Positions 19,674 to 29,416 of a stretch of 64,000 bases of DNA are shown one piece after another. The notes beneath the pieces were generated by a model. The model searched no databases. It was not told the DNA's origin and was given only the letters and a program-made list of their open reading frames with translations. A program made the translations under genes and the position numbers. Numbering within the stretch: the stretch's first letter is position 1; each line of letters begins with the position of its first letter. Origin of the DNA: a virus; IMG/VR virus record IMGVR_UViG_3300048113_001121, positions 64,001 through 128,000 of that record. One strand, 5' to 3'.

Positions 19674-20153
19674 ATGAAAAATATACTATTCCTTTTATCT
19701 TTACTCATCACATTAGTTGGATGTGAGAAATACGAACTAGAAACTTACCCTACATTAGATGGTACATACCTTGTTAGTTTTATTAGACACGATGGTGTCA
19801 ATACCTATGAAGGGTACGATGAAAATAACACAACATATGATGGTATGGTATCTACAACTATTGGTGATTTAAATGTTGGTACTGAAAAGGTTTCATTTAG
19901 TGGTAGAACTTTCTACAAAGGTTATCAAGTAACTCAAGGAAGTGATGATTGGACCGAATCATATTACTGTGAAGTGATTCAAGGAATCGATGGTTATTGG
20001 GATGATTTATTGATTGATTATGACGGACTCCCAAGGAACTTTATAATTGAAGAAGATGGTTTAGAACATTTGGTACTAAAATTTCCTAATCAACACTTGA
20101 ATAATGGTGAAAATGTTAATATGTGGATTAGACTCTCAAGAGTAGGTCCTTAA
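19674..20153 (+). CDS. Predicted lipoprotein
   Basis: Signal peptide ending in lipobox LVGC; TATCTTTG at 19642. Confidence 0.7.
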   Translation: MKNILFLLSLLITLVGCEKYELETYPTLDGTYLVSFIRHDGVNTYEGYDENNTTYDGMVSTTIGDLNVGTEKVSFSGRTFYKGYQVTQGSDDWTESYYCEVIQGIDGYWDDLLIDYDGLPRNFIIEEDGLEHLVLKFPNQHLNNGENVNMWIRLSRVGP

Positions 20154-20158
20154 ATAGA

Positions 20159-20182
20159 AAAAGTGGTCAATCGACCACTTTT
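20159..20182. terminator. Bidirectional terminator hairpin
   Basis: AAAAGTGGTC-AATC-GACCACTTTT between convergent genes. Confidence 0.75.
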
Positions 20183-20681
20183 ACTTTTTTAATATGTTTT
20201 GAACGTGTCTTATATTTCTAATAAACTTTTCAGGGTTTTCTTTTGCCCATTCCTTAATAGATTCGGGTAGTTTGGATTTTTTTAATTCTTCCATCACGAC
20301 AACACTTAGATTCCTTTCTTTACCTCCATTAGACTCAACCATAACGTCACCTAACGACATTAATAAGTCTCTCTTAAGTTTAGGTGTCTCAGCGGAGAAA
20401 GTTATTGAGAACTCATTATTTTCGGCCCACGACCTTAAATCTTTTAAGTTTAAAAACTTTTTCTCTTCAAAAGGGAATTTTTTTAATAACCTGTCAGGTG
20501 AAGTGTAAATACCATATATTTTCATACTAGGACTAACTAATAAAGTTATTTTGTGTTCATCCATCCCAAAGAAAACGGGTTTCTTTAAGAAGATTTTACC
20601 TAATAATCTATTAATAAGTTCAACCATAGAAGAACCCTGAGATTTTTCATTATCGTTATGTGGTGTAAAATTTCCTGACAT
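20181..20681 (-). CDS. Hypothetical protein
   Basis: ORF track; TATTTATA box at 20685-20692. Confidence 0.65.
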   Translation of the reverse strand: MSGNFTPHNDNEKSQGSSMVELINRLLGKIFLKKPVFFGMDEHKITLLVSPSMKIYGIYTSPDRLLKKFPFEEKKFLNLKDLRSWAENNEFSITFSAETPKLKRDLLMSLGDVMVESNGGKERNLSVVVMEELKKSKLPESIKEWAKENPEKFIRNIRHVQNILKK

Positions 20682-20695
20682 AACTATAAATAGTC

Positions 20696-21013
20696 TTAAT
20701 TATATTCTTCTTCAGGTTTTCTATCAGGAAAAACAATATAATATTCATTTAAAAATGATAACAACTCATCTTCATCAATAAATTGTTCATCAACCTCTTC
20801 TACCTCATCATTCCATGTTTCCATACCATCAAAATCCATGTCATAGTCATCAAAAATATCTGTAGTCATATCAATATTATATCCAAACTCTTCAACATAA
20901 TGATATTCAATAGTATCGGATACAATATTATCATTGTTTAACACTTGAAACTCGACTTTTAGTATATTATTACTTTTATTTATATATGAACTTATAATTT
21001 CTATAATTTCCAT
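20696..21013 (-). CDS. Acidic hypothetical protein (105 aa)
   Basis: ORF track; resembles its divergent neighbour. Confidence 0.65.
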   Translation of the reverse strand: MEIIEIISSYINKSNNILKVEFQVLNNDNIVSDTIEYHYVEEFGYNIDMTTDIFDDYDMDFDGMETWNDEVEEVDEQFIDEDELLSFLNEYYIVFPDRKPEEEYN

Positions 21014-21060
21014 TTCCTTAATTAAATAAATCGTTTATTTTATATACAAATATCTAAAAA

Positions 21061-21378
21061 ATGACAAAACACCTAATAGAACTACTTGATTATGATTTTA
21101 TTGACGGAACATTAAACATAATGTTTTCACTAAATAATGAAGAAGGATACAGAGAAATAGAAATTTGTGAAGGAGACTTCTCAGATTATATTGAATCAAT
21201 AGGAAATTTAGAAGTATTTAGTGACGAATGGGATTACGCGACAGAAAGTCATTACACCAAAGATTGGGTCATATCATATGATGAGTATATTGAGGATTAT
21301 TTAGAGAAGAATGATTTACTAGAATTTATTATTGACTACTTTTCAGATAAGGATTATCCTGAACTAATAATAGAATAA
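21061..21378 (+). CDS. Acidic hypothetical protein (105 aa)
   Basis: ORF track. Confidence 0.65.
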   Translation: MTKHLIELLDYDFIDGTLNIMFSLNNEEGYREIEICEGDFSDYIESIGNLEVFSDEWDYATESHYTKDWVISYDEYIEDYLEKNDLLEFIIDYFSDKDYPELIIE

Positions 21379-21381
21379 TAC

Positions 21382-21960
21382 ATGAGAGTTAATACATTAA
21401 TAATTGATGATTTCTATATCAATCCTGATGAGGTAAGAGAATACGCCTTAACTCAAGATTTTGATGTAGATGGTAATTACCCTGGTCATCGTACAGTCTC
21501 ACATTTAGATGACGACTTAAAAGATAGTTTACAGAATTTAGTAGAACCATTTGCAGGTAAAATCACATATTGGGGAGGAGACTATTCAGGTAGTTTTCAA
21601 TACACAACATCAGAAGACCGTTCTTGGATACATTCAGATAGTACCACAGGATGGGCAGCAGTATTATACTTAACTCCAGACGCACCTGTAAGTTCAGGTA
21701 CTGGATTATATAAACATAAAGAAACAGGTCTTTGCGGTTGGGATAATAGTAAATATACTGAGGAAGAGACTTCGTTAGCCCCTCATATGTCAGAAGCCAG
21801 AGATTATACTAAATGGGACTTAGTCGATAGATTAGGTAATAAATTTAATCGTTTAGTAATGTATCGTTCAGATAACTATCACGTATCAATGGATTACTTT
21901 GGTAAAGATAAGTATGATGGTAGATTGTTTCAGGTATTCTTTTTTACAACTGAATACTAA
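21382..21960 (+). CDS. 2OG-Fe(II) oxygenase-like (DUF6445-type)
   Basis: IIDDFY.NPD.VR, WIHSD, YLTPDAP, FNRLVMY..H. Confidence 0.75.
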   Translation: MRVNTLIIDDFYINPDEVREYALTQDFDVDGNYPGHRTVSHLDDDLKDSLQNLVEPFAGKITYWGGDYSGSFQYTTSEDRSWIHSDSTTGWAAVLYLTPDAPVSSGTGLYKHKETGLCGWDNSKYTEEETSLAPHMSEARDYTKWDLVDRLGNKFNRLVMYRSDNYHVSMDYFGKDKYDGRLFQVFFFTTEY

Positions 21961-21974
21961 TTATAAATTAAAAT

Positions 21975-22691
21975 ATGAAAGATTTAATTAACCCTAATTT
22001 AGACTTAAAAAAAATACATAAATCCTTTAAAGAGAAGGGTTATGTTGTTATAGATAACTACTTAAAAGATGAAGTCGCTGAAAATTTAAATAATTTCTTT
22101 AGTTATGAAATGCCCACCGATTGGTGGTCAATAGCTACGTTTCCGTCTAAAAATATTAATGGAGTTAGTTATTTTAGAAATACACCTGAAGAATACAATA
22201 ACATACAGAAAGCAAGACAATACTCCACAGACTCTTTTGGTAGAAACGAATTTTCATATTCTTTTCATCGAACTTTAGATAATCATTTTGATGATTGTGA
22301 TTGTACCGAATGTCAGATTAGAAAGTTTTTGGATGGTAATGAATCTCACGACTTAGTCTCAAAAGTAACTGATTTAACAATTACGGGCTCTAATGAGGTT
22401 TTCGCTGCTTGTTATGTTCCTGGTGATTTTTTATCACCACATCAAGATAGTCCTAATGGCATTATCGGATTCGTTTTACAGTTAACTAAAGATTGGAAAC
22501 CTGAATATGGTGGATTACTACATTTTTTAAATGATGATGGGGATGTTGTTGAAAATGTTGAAACACCTAAATTTAATAGTTTAACACTATTCTTACTACC
22601 TGAAGATAAAGGTAAACTACATTATGTTTCCCACGTAAACCCAGGAACACCTGAGATACGATTATCCCTCACTGGTTGGTATAGGAATTAA
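21975..22691 (+). CDS. 2OG-Fe(II) oxygenase (prolyl-hydroxylase-like)
   Basis: HQD, distal H (LHYVSHV), RLSLTGW. Confidence 0.8.
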   Translation: MKDLINPNLDLKKIHKSFKEKGYVVIDNYLKDEVAENLNNFFSYEMPTDWWSIATFPSKNINGVSYFRNTPEEYNNIQKARQYSTDSFGRNEFSYSFHRTLDNHFDDCDCTECQIRKFLDGNESHDLVSKVTDLTITGSNEVFAACYVPGDFLSPHQDSPNGIIGFVLQLTKDWKPEYGGLLHFLNDDGDVVENVETPKFNSLTLFLLPEDKGKLHYVSHVNPGTPEIRLSLTGWYRN

Positions 22692-23069
22692 TTCGGGGTG
22701 TAAGTCAAAAACCATTTTTATTAATGTTTCTAAACAGTAACATTCCTTACCTGATTGGTCGTAAATTAATTGACCATCCACCACACTAATTATTCTAGGG
22801 TTAAATTGGTGATGTTTGTAATCCCATATTATACTATCGTTCAACCCAAAATATTCCATAATTTTTGGATTTTCATTTATAGTGGTTTGGAAAAATACTA
22901 CTTCAGGAAATTCGTCATTTAAATTTTTATTTACACTTTCTATTTTATCATTAAAAGGTTTAATACTTAAAGTGGAGTCTTCTTGACCTTCCTTAAATAA
23001 AAACCATATAATCTTATGGTGTTTAGTTATGTGTTCAAATAGATTATTATCGTTTACGTTATATACCAT
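22662..23069 (-). CDS. Thioredoxin-fold-like protein without CxxC
   Basis: Beta-alpha pattern only. Confidence 0.4.
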   Translation of the reverse strand: MVYNVNDNNLFEHITKHHKIIWFLFKEGQEDSTLSIKPFNDKIESVNKNLNDEFPEVVFFQTTINENPKIMEYFGLNDSIIWDYKHHQFNPRIISVVDGQLIYDQSGKECYCLETLIKMVFDLHPELIPIPTSEG

Positions 23070-23668
23070 TATCTAAAAGTTTTTCCCGTTACATTTAAAG
23101 TTATTGTACGTTTTACGCCTGAAAGTATAGGTGTGGTTCTTTGTAGTAAGTAAGATGGGAATATGACCACATCGCCGACACTAAACTTAGGTCGTAATAT
23201 TTCATAACCACAATTAAACTCAGTATCCCCACCATTATATTCTTCTTTAAGAGATAAATGTAGAGTTACTGATAATTTATTAGTATTTGAATTTACTATA
23301 TCAGAATACCATAAGTAATGACCACTATTATCTGTATAGGTGTTATACTCCATAAATTGATTAATACCATCCACATTAAAATTCCAACCCATTTCCTGAT
23401 TAGCACTAACAGATAAATCATAAATTTTATCATAAATCCATGAAGTCTCATCATTTATTGGTAAGTAACTAACGCTATTTCTTCTTTTCGTATCGACAGA
23501 AATATCGGAATAATCCAATTCGTTAATTTCTGAATCTAATTTTTCACATATTAATATTATATCATTAATTTCTTTATCATTAAATATTTCTTTATAATAG
23601 TAGTAATTTAACATATCGGGGATAGTATCAATAGTTTCGGTTTTGGCGGTAAAATTTGTTTTAGACAT
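23069..23668 (-). CDS. PKHD-type 2OG-Fe(II) oxygenase homolog with substituted iron ligands
   Basis: Y.GG..EF and FPSYLL...TP..SG..R motifs present; WYSD and LLQR replace WHxD and LLHR. Confidence 0.7.
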   Translation of the reverse strand: MSKTNFTAKTETIDTIPDMLNYYYYKEIFNDKEINDIILICEKLDSEINELDYSDISVDTKRRNSVSYLPINDETSWIYDKIYDLSVSANQEMGWNFNVDGINQFMEYNTYTDNSGHYLWYSDIVNSNTNKLSVTLHLSLKEEYNGGDTEFNCGYEILRPKFSVGDVVIFPSYLLQRTTPILSGVKRTITLNVTGKTFR

Positions 23669-23718
23669 AGATTTCTATTATATTATTATTATCTTTATAA
23701 AATAAAAGTAAGTGACCT

Positions 23719-23913
23719 ATGACAGATATCAATATAAGTAATTATTATTTTAAAGCCGAAAATGTTTTATTTTCATGTACTAACCTATCTCAAGTAAAAA
23801 ATTCATTAAACTATATTAAACTTTATTATAAGTTAACGGGAGATTATTGTGGGTACACAATTTTAGTTAGAAAGTATCATAAACTACTAAATGAGTTAAC
23901 TACGAATGATTAA
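23719..23913 (+). CDS. Small hypothetical protein
   Basis: ORF track; coupled to the GT17 gene. Confidence 0.55.
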   Translation: MTDINISNYYFKAENVLFSCTNLSQVKNSLNYIKLYYKLTGDYCGYTILVRKYHKLLNELTTND

Positions 23914-25591
23914 TCAAAAAATAATTGATAGTTTTTTATTTTATAATGAATTAGATTTACTAGAATTAAGACTTGAAGAGTTGTATGACCATGTTGACTT
24001 ATTTTTAATTGTAGAGTCAACTAAAACTTTTACGGGAAAGGATAAACCATTATATTTTAAAGAGAATATTAATCGTTTTTCAAAGTGGAAAGATAAGATA
24101 AAACATTATATTGTTAAAGATACTCCAACAATAGTTAGTGAAAATATAATACAATCCCACACCACTATTGATTCTCAAAAAACTATAGAGTTCTATCGAG
24201 AGTCACACCAAAGAAACTCTATAGGTTTAGCACTAAAAGAATTAAAACTTAATTTTGAAGACATTATCATAGTTTCCGATGTTGATGAATTTCCTAATCA
24301 TAAAATTTTTAACAAATTATCTGATGATTTACCATATGGTCCTGTAATTTTTAAACAAAAATGGTTAGTATGGAATACTAAATTAGAAAAAATGCATTAC
24401 TGGTTAGGTTCTACCGCTTTTTATTACTCTCATTATATATCAAATAATAAAATATTTCAAAAAATTAGAGATGATAGATGGTCAGAGTATGAAGACACCC
24501 GTTTCACAATTAAAGAGAATGGGGGGTTCCATTTCTCTTGGTTTGGGGATTTTAATTTTATAAGACAGAAATTAAATGCTTTCTCACACACCGAACTATT
24601 GACTGAATTTTGGGACGATGATAATAACATCACTAACTTAATTAAAGACATGTACGCGTCGAATGGTATAGATAAAGATGGTACTACCGGTAAACTAAAA
24701 CCTTTTACTCAAGATAATTATGATTTACCTAAAATATGGGATAAGATTAAAAACACAGAAATTAACATTAAACAACCAAAAATTTACGATTGTTTTTTAT
24801 TTGACCATGAATTAGATATGTTAAATTTGAGGTTACATGAGATGAATAACTATGTTGACCATTTCATATTAATCGAATCTAGAAATAGTCATACAGGTAA
24901 AGATAAAGAGTTATTTTTTCAAAAACATAAAGGTTTATTTTCTAAATTTTTACACAAAATTGAACATGTAGTGATTGATTTACCAAATGAAATTTTATAT
25001 GAACCTCACCCATTAGGTGTAAATGACGAGGATAATCTCAATAAATTTAGAGAAAACTATAATAGAAACGCAATAAAAGATACTTTAGAAAGAATAATAC
25101 CTAACGATGATGATGTAATATTAATCTCAGATGTGGATGAAATATGGGACAATGACATACTGAGTAGACTTAAAAATAATCAAGTAACTTTTGACACTTT
25201 TAAAACTATACTTCAAAGATGGCACTATTGGAATTTTAAATGGGATTTTGAAAATATGTTTTGGCCAGGACCCGCCTTTTGTAGATGGTCTTATTTAAAG
25301 AGTACAACACCACAAAAAATAAGAAATGTTAGGTATGAACAAGAAACACATCTTAATGATATTAATGGGTGGCATTTATCATGGTTTGGTAATGTTGAAT
25401 GTAATATGCATAAATTAAGAAATACCCATCACCAAGAATTAAATATACATGATAAAGAATCAGTACGTAATATGATTAATAATGGTTATCTATTTGATGG
25501 TGAAAAAATGGTTAGTTTAGAATGGGACTACTACCCAAAATATAGACATTTGATTGAAGATGGTAAGTTATATAAAAATATTCATGAATAA
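23906..25591 (+). CDS. Tandem double glycosyltransferase family 17 protein
   Basis: Two copies of D.FLF..ELD.L.LRL.E...SDVDE...G.H.SW. Confidence 0.85.
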   Translation: MINQKIIDSFLFYNELDLLELRLEELYDHVDLFLIVESTKTFTGKDKPLYFKENINRFSKWKDKIKHYIVKDTPTIVSENIIQSHTTIDSQKTIEFYRESHQRNSIGLALKELKLNFEDIIIVSDVDEFPNHKIFNKLSDDLPYGPVIFKQKWLVWNTKLEKMHYWLGSTAFYYSHYISNNKIFQKIRDDRWSEYEDTRFTIKENGGFHFSWFGDFNFIRQKLNAFSHTELLTEFWDDDNNITNLIKDMYASNGIDKDGTTGKLKPFTQDNYDLPKIWDKIKNTEINIKQPKIYDCFLFDHELDMLNLRLHEMNNYVDHFILIESRNSHTGKDKELFFQKHKGLFSKFLHKIEHVVIDLPNEILYEPHPLGVNDEDNLNKFRENYNRNAIKDTLERIIPNDDDVILISDVDEIWDNDILSRLKNNQVTFDTFKTILQRWHYWNFKWDFENMFWPGPAFCRWSYLKSTTPQKIRNVRYEQETHLNDINGWHLSWFGNVECNMHKLRNTHHQELNIHDKESVRNMINNGYLFDGEKMVSLEWDYYPKYRHLIEDGKLYKNIHE

Positions 25592-25593
25592 AA

Positions 25594-25617
25594 AAAGGAC
25601 GGTTAAAACCGTCCTTT
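25594..25617. terminator. Bidirectional terminator
   Basis: AAAGGACGG-TTAAAA-CCGTCCTTT. Confidence 0.8.
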
Positions 25618-25649
25618 AATAATTTTCGAATAGAACCGAAAGTTATTTA

Positions 25650-26486
25650 TTAATTAAATTTATTAAATCTATTAAACATTTCTCTTATTGTTTTTCTATC
25701 CTTATCAAACGACTCATGTAAGTCCTCATCAACTTCTTCGTACATAGAACCACATTCCACACATTCACCTTCATCAAGTTCAGAACCACACTGTTCACAA
25801 GTATCACACTCTTCACCCATCTCTTTTGATAATGAAAAAATCTTACCAATAGGTTTATCCATTTTAGCTACGGTTACTAAACTTTCGTCAGTCTCACCAC
25901 AACCCTCACACATTTCTTCATCTATTGTCTTTGAGTCTGTTTCAACAAAACCTATTGACATGTTGGTAACTTGTTCACCATATACATCAGCATCACCACC
26001 CTGTGAATCAAACTCATACGCGGAATCTTCATCATTAAATTTTTCTTTTCCGTCCATGTGAGTATCCATCATACTCTCCTCATCATGATATTCTGCGGGT
26101 GACATATCACCACCAAACATTTTCATTATGGAATCAATATCTAAACCATATGAATCATCAGAATAAGAACCATCAAATTGTTCAGGTCCACCTGAATCAT
26201 AATCGTAAGCTGAATCCACATTAGATAAATCCATGTCGTCAGCCTCCATTTCGTTAGTTTCTTTTTTTGATTTTACCTTCGATTCATTCACATTATGATT
26301 ACGATAAGTTTTTACGTTACCTTGATTATCAACAGTGATACCCCCATCGTCTTTAATACTATTATCAACCGTTAATGGTTGTAAATTACTTGGTACGTTA
26401 CCTGTGGCATAACCATTATAAAATGATGAATGATTTTGAAGAATAGAATTTCTTTCTTCGTCTGATATTGTCATATAATTTCTCAT
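25650..26486 (-). CDS. Acidic protein with C-terminal CxxC clusters, putative head protein
   Basis: TISDEERNSILQNH leader; CEGC, CDTCEQC, CVEC; TATTTATA box at 26502. Confidence 0.6.
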   Translation of the reverse strand: MRNYMTISDEERNSILQNHSSFYNGYATGNVPSNLQPLTVDNSIKDDGGITVDNQGNVKTYRNHNVNESKVKSKKETNEMEADDMDLSNVDSAYDYDSGGPEQFDGSYSDDSYGLDIDSIMKMFGGDMSPAEYHDEESMMDTHMDGKEKFNDEDSAYEFDSQGGDADVYGEQVTNMSIGFVETDSKTIDEEMCEGCGETDESLVTVAKMDKPIGKIFSLSKEMGEECDTCEQCGSELDEGECVECGSMYEEVDEDLHESFDKDRKTIREMFNRFNKFN

Positions 26487-26573
26487 AATCTTTGTTTTTA
26501 CTATAAATATGTTGATATATTCATTTCTCGTTTGACATAGTAAACGGATTAAGTTATATTTTAAATAAAAACT

Positions 26574-26831
26574 ATGAATAGAGAAGAAATAGATGAAATT
26601 GCTGAAGGAGCAATTGTTATGGATGGATTTGATGATTGTATCGTTGGAGTTAGCGAAGAATTTGGTCGTGGAACAAGAATTGTGTATTCAAAACAACGTA
26701 TAATTCAAAAAATGGTAAAAACTGACCTTATGACTGAGGAAGAGGCCGATGAATATTTTTATTTTAATATGGTAGGTGGTCATTTCGGTGAAAGAAACCC
26801 AATTTTCTTAACTACTTCTATGGCAGTTTAA
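26574..26831 (+). CDS. Hypothetical phage protein
   Basis: ORF track. Confidence 0.7.
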   Translation: MNREEIDEIAEGAIVMDGFDDCIVGVSEEFGRGTRIVYSKQRIIQKMVKTDLMTEEEADEYFYFNMVGGHFGERNPIFLTTSMAV

Positions 26832-26871
26832 TATTTTATCCGTATATTTGTTTTAACGAAAAAAACACAAT

Positions 26872-27264
26872 ATGTCAGATTTTATAGAACAATTTAAAGC
26901 AGATAAAGGGGTGAGGGACTTAATTAAGAGAAAAGTCTTAACCTCACAAGATTTAAGAGCATCTTGGAGATATGACTCCCACGACTTGAATTTCAGAATT
27001 ACTCACATTAAGAGACACAGTGAATGGAGTACCTCATTATTTGTTAATGTTGCGGTTTCTGGTGGATTGAAAGGTTGGGGTTGGAGAACTGATGAAAATG
27101 GTCTATGTAATATTAATAATACTCGTGACTTTCGTAGTGCCATCTCAAGAAATCGTGAGATTAGACGTTTTGTTGAAAAGTCGGTAGCACATGAACTTAA
27201 ACTTTTTGGGATTAAATCGTGGGAGGTTAATATTGGTAAATTAAATATTAAAGAATCTATTTAA
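26872..27264 (+). CDS. Hypothetical protein
   Basis: ORF track; TATATTTG at 26843. Confidence 0.7.
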   Translation: MSDFIEQFKADKGVRDLIKRKVLTSQDLRASWRYDSHDLNFRITHIKRHSEWSTSLFVNVAVSGGLKGWGWRTDENGLCNINNTRDFRSAISRNREIRRFVEKSVAHELKLFGIKSWEVNIGKLNIKESI

Positions 27265-27900
27265 TTATCTACCGAACATCATCATATAGTATTTAAGAGC
27301 CTTACTAGTTAGGGTTCTTATTTTTTTCTCTAAATTTCTATTCGAATAGTCATCGGTCCCTTCGTCTTCAACCATTTTCATAGCCATTCTAATAAATTCA
27401 TCTCTTGTTTGTTGAGACATCTTCATTAACTCCTCAACCATGTCTTCATCATATTCTCTACCTGACTTCATTTCTTCAAATTCAATAAATTTTTGAAGAT
27501 ATTTTGGTCCAGAGACTAAAAATTGACCTGATTCGAACATATTAACTAAACCTGACTCCCTAATCTTACTTAAAAAGTCAAAGAATATTTTTTCATTAGA
27601 ATACTTAAAAATTTCTTTAAGACTTATTAGGTTATCTAAATTTGGGTTATTATGAGCTTCTTTGATATTTGTTTTTAAATCTCTCTCCATCATCCATATG
27701 TCCTCTGAAGACACTAAAGATAATGATGAACCATTTTCCCATTTAACTGAAATTATCTCCTCACCCTCATCAAACGGGTCTTTAGTGACGTTATTTACCA
27801 CACCTTTAGTACCACCAGGAACTGGTGAATATGGGTCTTTCATATAAATTAAAATTATATTATCACCTTCCTTTACACTTGGGTTTACATCTTTAGCCAT
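27265..27900 (-). CDS. DUF4314-like plus DUF5049-like fusion protein
   Basis: GD.I.L..M.DPY.PVP.GT.G.V...V.W.NGSSL and IRESGLVNMF motifs. Confidence 0.6.
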   Translation of the reverse strand: MAKDVNPSVKEGDNIILIYMKDPYSPVPGGTKGVVNNVTKDPFDEGEEIISVKWENGSSLSLVSSEDIWMMERDLKTNIKEAHNNPNLDNLISLKEIFKYSNEKIFFDFLSKIRESGLVNMFESGQFLVSGPKYLQKFIEFEEMKSGREYDEDMVEELMKMSQQTRDEFIRMAMKMVEDEGTDDYSNRNLEKKIRTLTSKALKYYMMMFGR

Positions 27901-27973
27901 TTAAAGTCTTTTAAAATAAATATAACGTATAACAGTTTAGTATTAGTGACATATTTATAATAAAACATTACAA

Positions 27974-28603
27974 GTGAAAGTTTTAGTTACAGAAGAACAA
28001 TATCAAGTATTATTAAACGAGAGAATCGGAGAACAAGTAACGTCTACCTTAAAAAGGTTAGATAAATTACTTAAAAAAATAATTACAGACGTAAAACAAC
28101 AATTTGGTATTAGTACTAAATTCGCCCTGACTTACGGAGCAGGTATCGGTGCACTTATGGAGCCTGTTGAAAAATACCTTAATGGTCAGTTTACAGGTTT
28201 AGAATCTTGGCAGGTATCCTCATTGGTTATTGCCGCAATATCTATCGTTTATTTTGAAGGTAAAGAGTACGATAAACTCAGAAAAGATATTGAACAACAA
28301 GGTTTAGATGATGAATTAAAGTCTGCGGTTAGTAAAACTCAACAACTTAAAGATAAATTTAGTGCAATGTTAAGCGTTCTTGGTATTAGTGTGTATAGAG
28401 GTGGAGATATATTAGCATACACTTTTTTATTACCTATTTTAGGTATGATTATTAATGTCGCAAATACCTTTGGTTTTGATTCTGTAGAAATGGCAACATT
28501 AACAACATCATTAGTTCATTCAGGTCTTATAACTGTTTCGTCAGTAGTCTTTAGAGACGTAATGCAGAAAATTGCTAGTAAGTTATCTAGTCGACATCGA
28601 TAA
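27974..28603 (+). CDS. Membrane protein with VTEEQY...LLNE leader
   Basis: GTG start; hydrophobic segments; TATTTATA at 27952. Confidence 0.65.
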   Translation: MKVLVTEEQYQVLLNERIGEQVTSTLKRLDKLLKKIITDVKQQFGISTKFALTYGAGIGALMEPVEKYLNGQFTGLESWQVSSLVIAAISIVYFEGKEYDKLRKDIEQQGLDDELKSAVSKTQQLKDKFSAMLSVLGISVYRGGDILAYTFLLPILGMIINVANTFGFDSVEMATLTTSLVHSGLITVSSVVFRDVMQKIASKLSSRHR

Positions 28604-28919
28604 AATTAAAATCTTTATCGACCTCATAGTAGTGTACACTCATTGAGTAGTATAGGTCTTTAACTTTATTTTTTTCTCTTAGTTTACCAATCTGTTTTCT
28701 TTTGTCAGATTCACCCATCATTATACCGATAACTTTTTTACCTTTTGGTGGTTTATATTCAGTCGGTAAACTAACAGTGACTGGTACTGGTTTAATAAAA
28801 TCTAAAATACTATTAATTAATTTTGTTTTTGTACCTGTACGGTGAAGAGAGTACTCTTTACAGATTAGTTTAATTTCAACTAATGATAACTTCTTTAAAT
28901 TTTCTCGCGTGTGTTCCAT
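28587..28919 (-). CDS. SAP/HeH-like DNA-binding domain protein
   Basis: L..LSL.E.K..CK...L...G.K..LI..I; TATCTTTG on - strand at 28924. Confidence 0.6.
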   Translation of the reverse strand: MEHTRENLKKLSLVEIKLICKEYSLHRTGTKTKLINSILDFIKPVPVTVSLPTEYKPPKGKKVIGIMMGESDKRKQIGKLREKNKVKDLYYSMSVHYYEVDKDFNFIDVD

Positions 28920-28966
28920 ATAACAAAGATACGGATTTTATCTTAATAAAAAAAATGCAATATAAT

Positions 28967-29416
28967 TTAATCGGGAATATGTACTATATTTTTTACACTA
29001 AACCAATTATATTCGAAACCATATTTTGCTTTAGCATTATATTCATCATTGTGATTAGTCCAATCAAAACTACATGAACTTAAAAAACCAACCATATCAT
29101 CACCCTCATCATCGGAGGTTTTAGTTACAAATTCCATATTTTCATTTAAGTGATAATCACCAAATGTATTTATCACTGCGGATAAAATTTTATCTAATTC
29201 TTTACATAATGGTCCGTGGTCTGGGTCATCTACCATGAAAGGAATTTCAACTTCAAAATAAACTGTACCGTTTTGATTAGCACCATATATTTTAGTTATT
29301 AAATTTGTCGCTTTTAATTTCCTAAGTAGTGGGGATTTACTTTCAACTACGTACAATAGTATTTGTACGGCTCTTCTAGCTACACCTCTAAATTCTTCTT
29401 CACTTTTAAATTCCAT
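28967..29416 (-). CDS. Hypothetical protein
   Basis: ORF track; likely start MEFK. Confidence 0.6.
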   Translation of the reverse strand: MEFKSEEEFRGVARRAVQILLYVVESKSPLLRKLKATNLITKIYGANQNGTVYFEVEIPFMVDDPDHGPLCKELDKILSAVINTFGDYHLNENMEFVTKTSDDEGDDMVGFLSSCSFDWTNHNDEYNAKAKYGFEYNWFSVKNIVHIPD

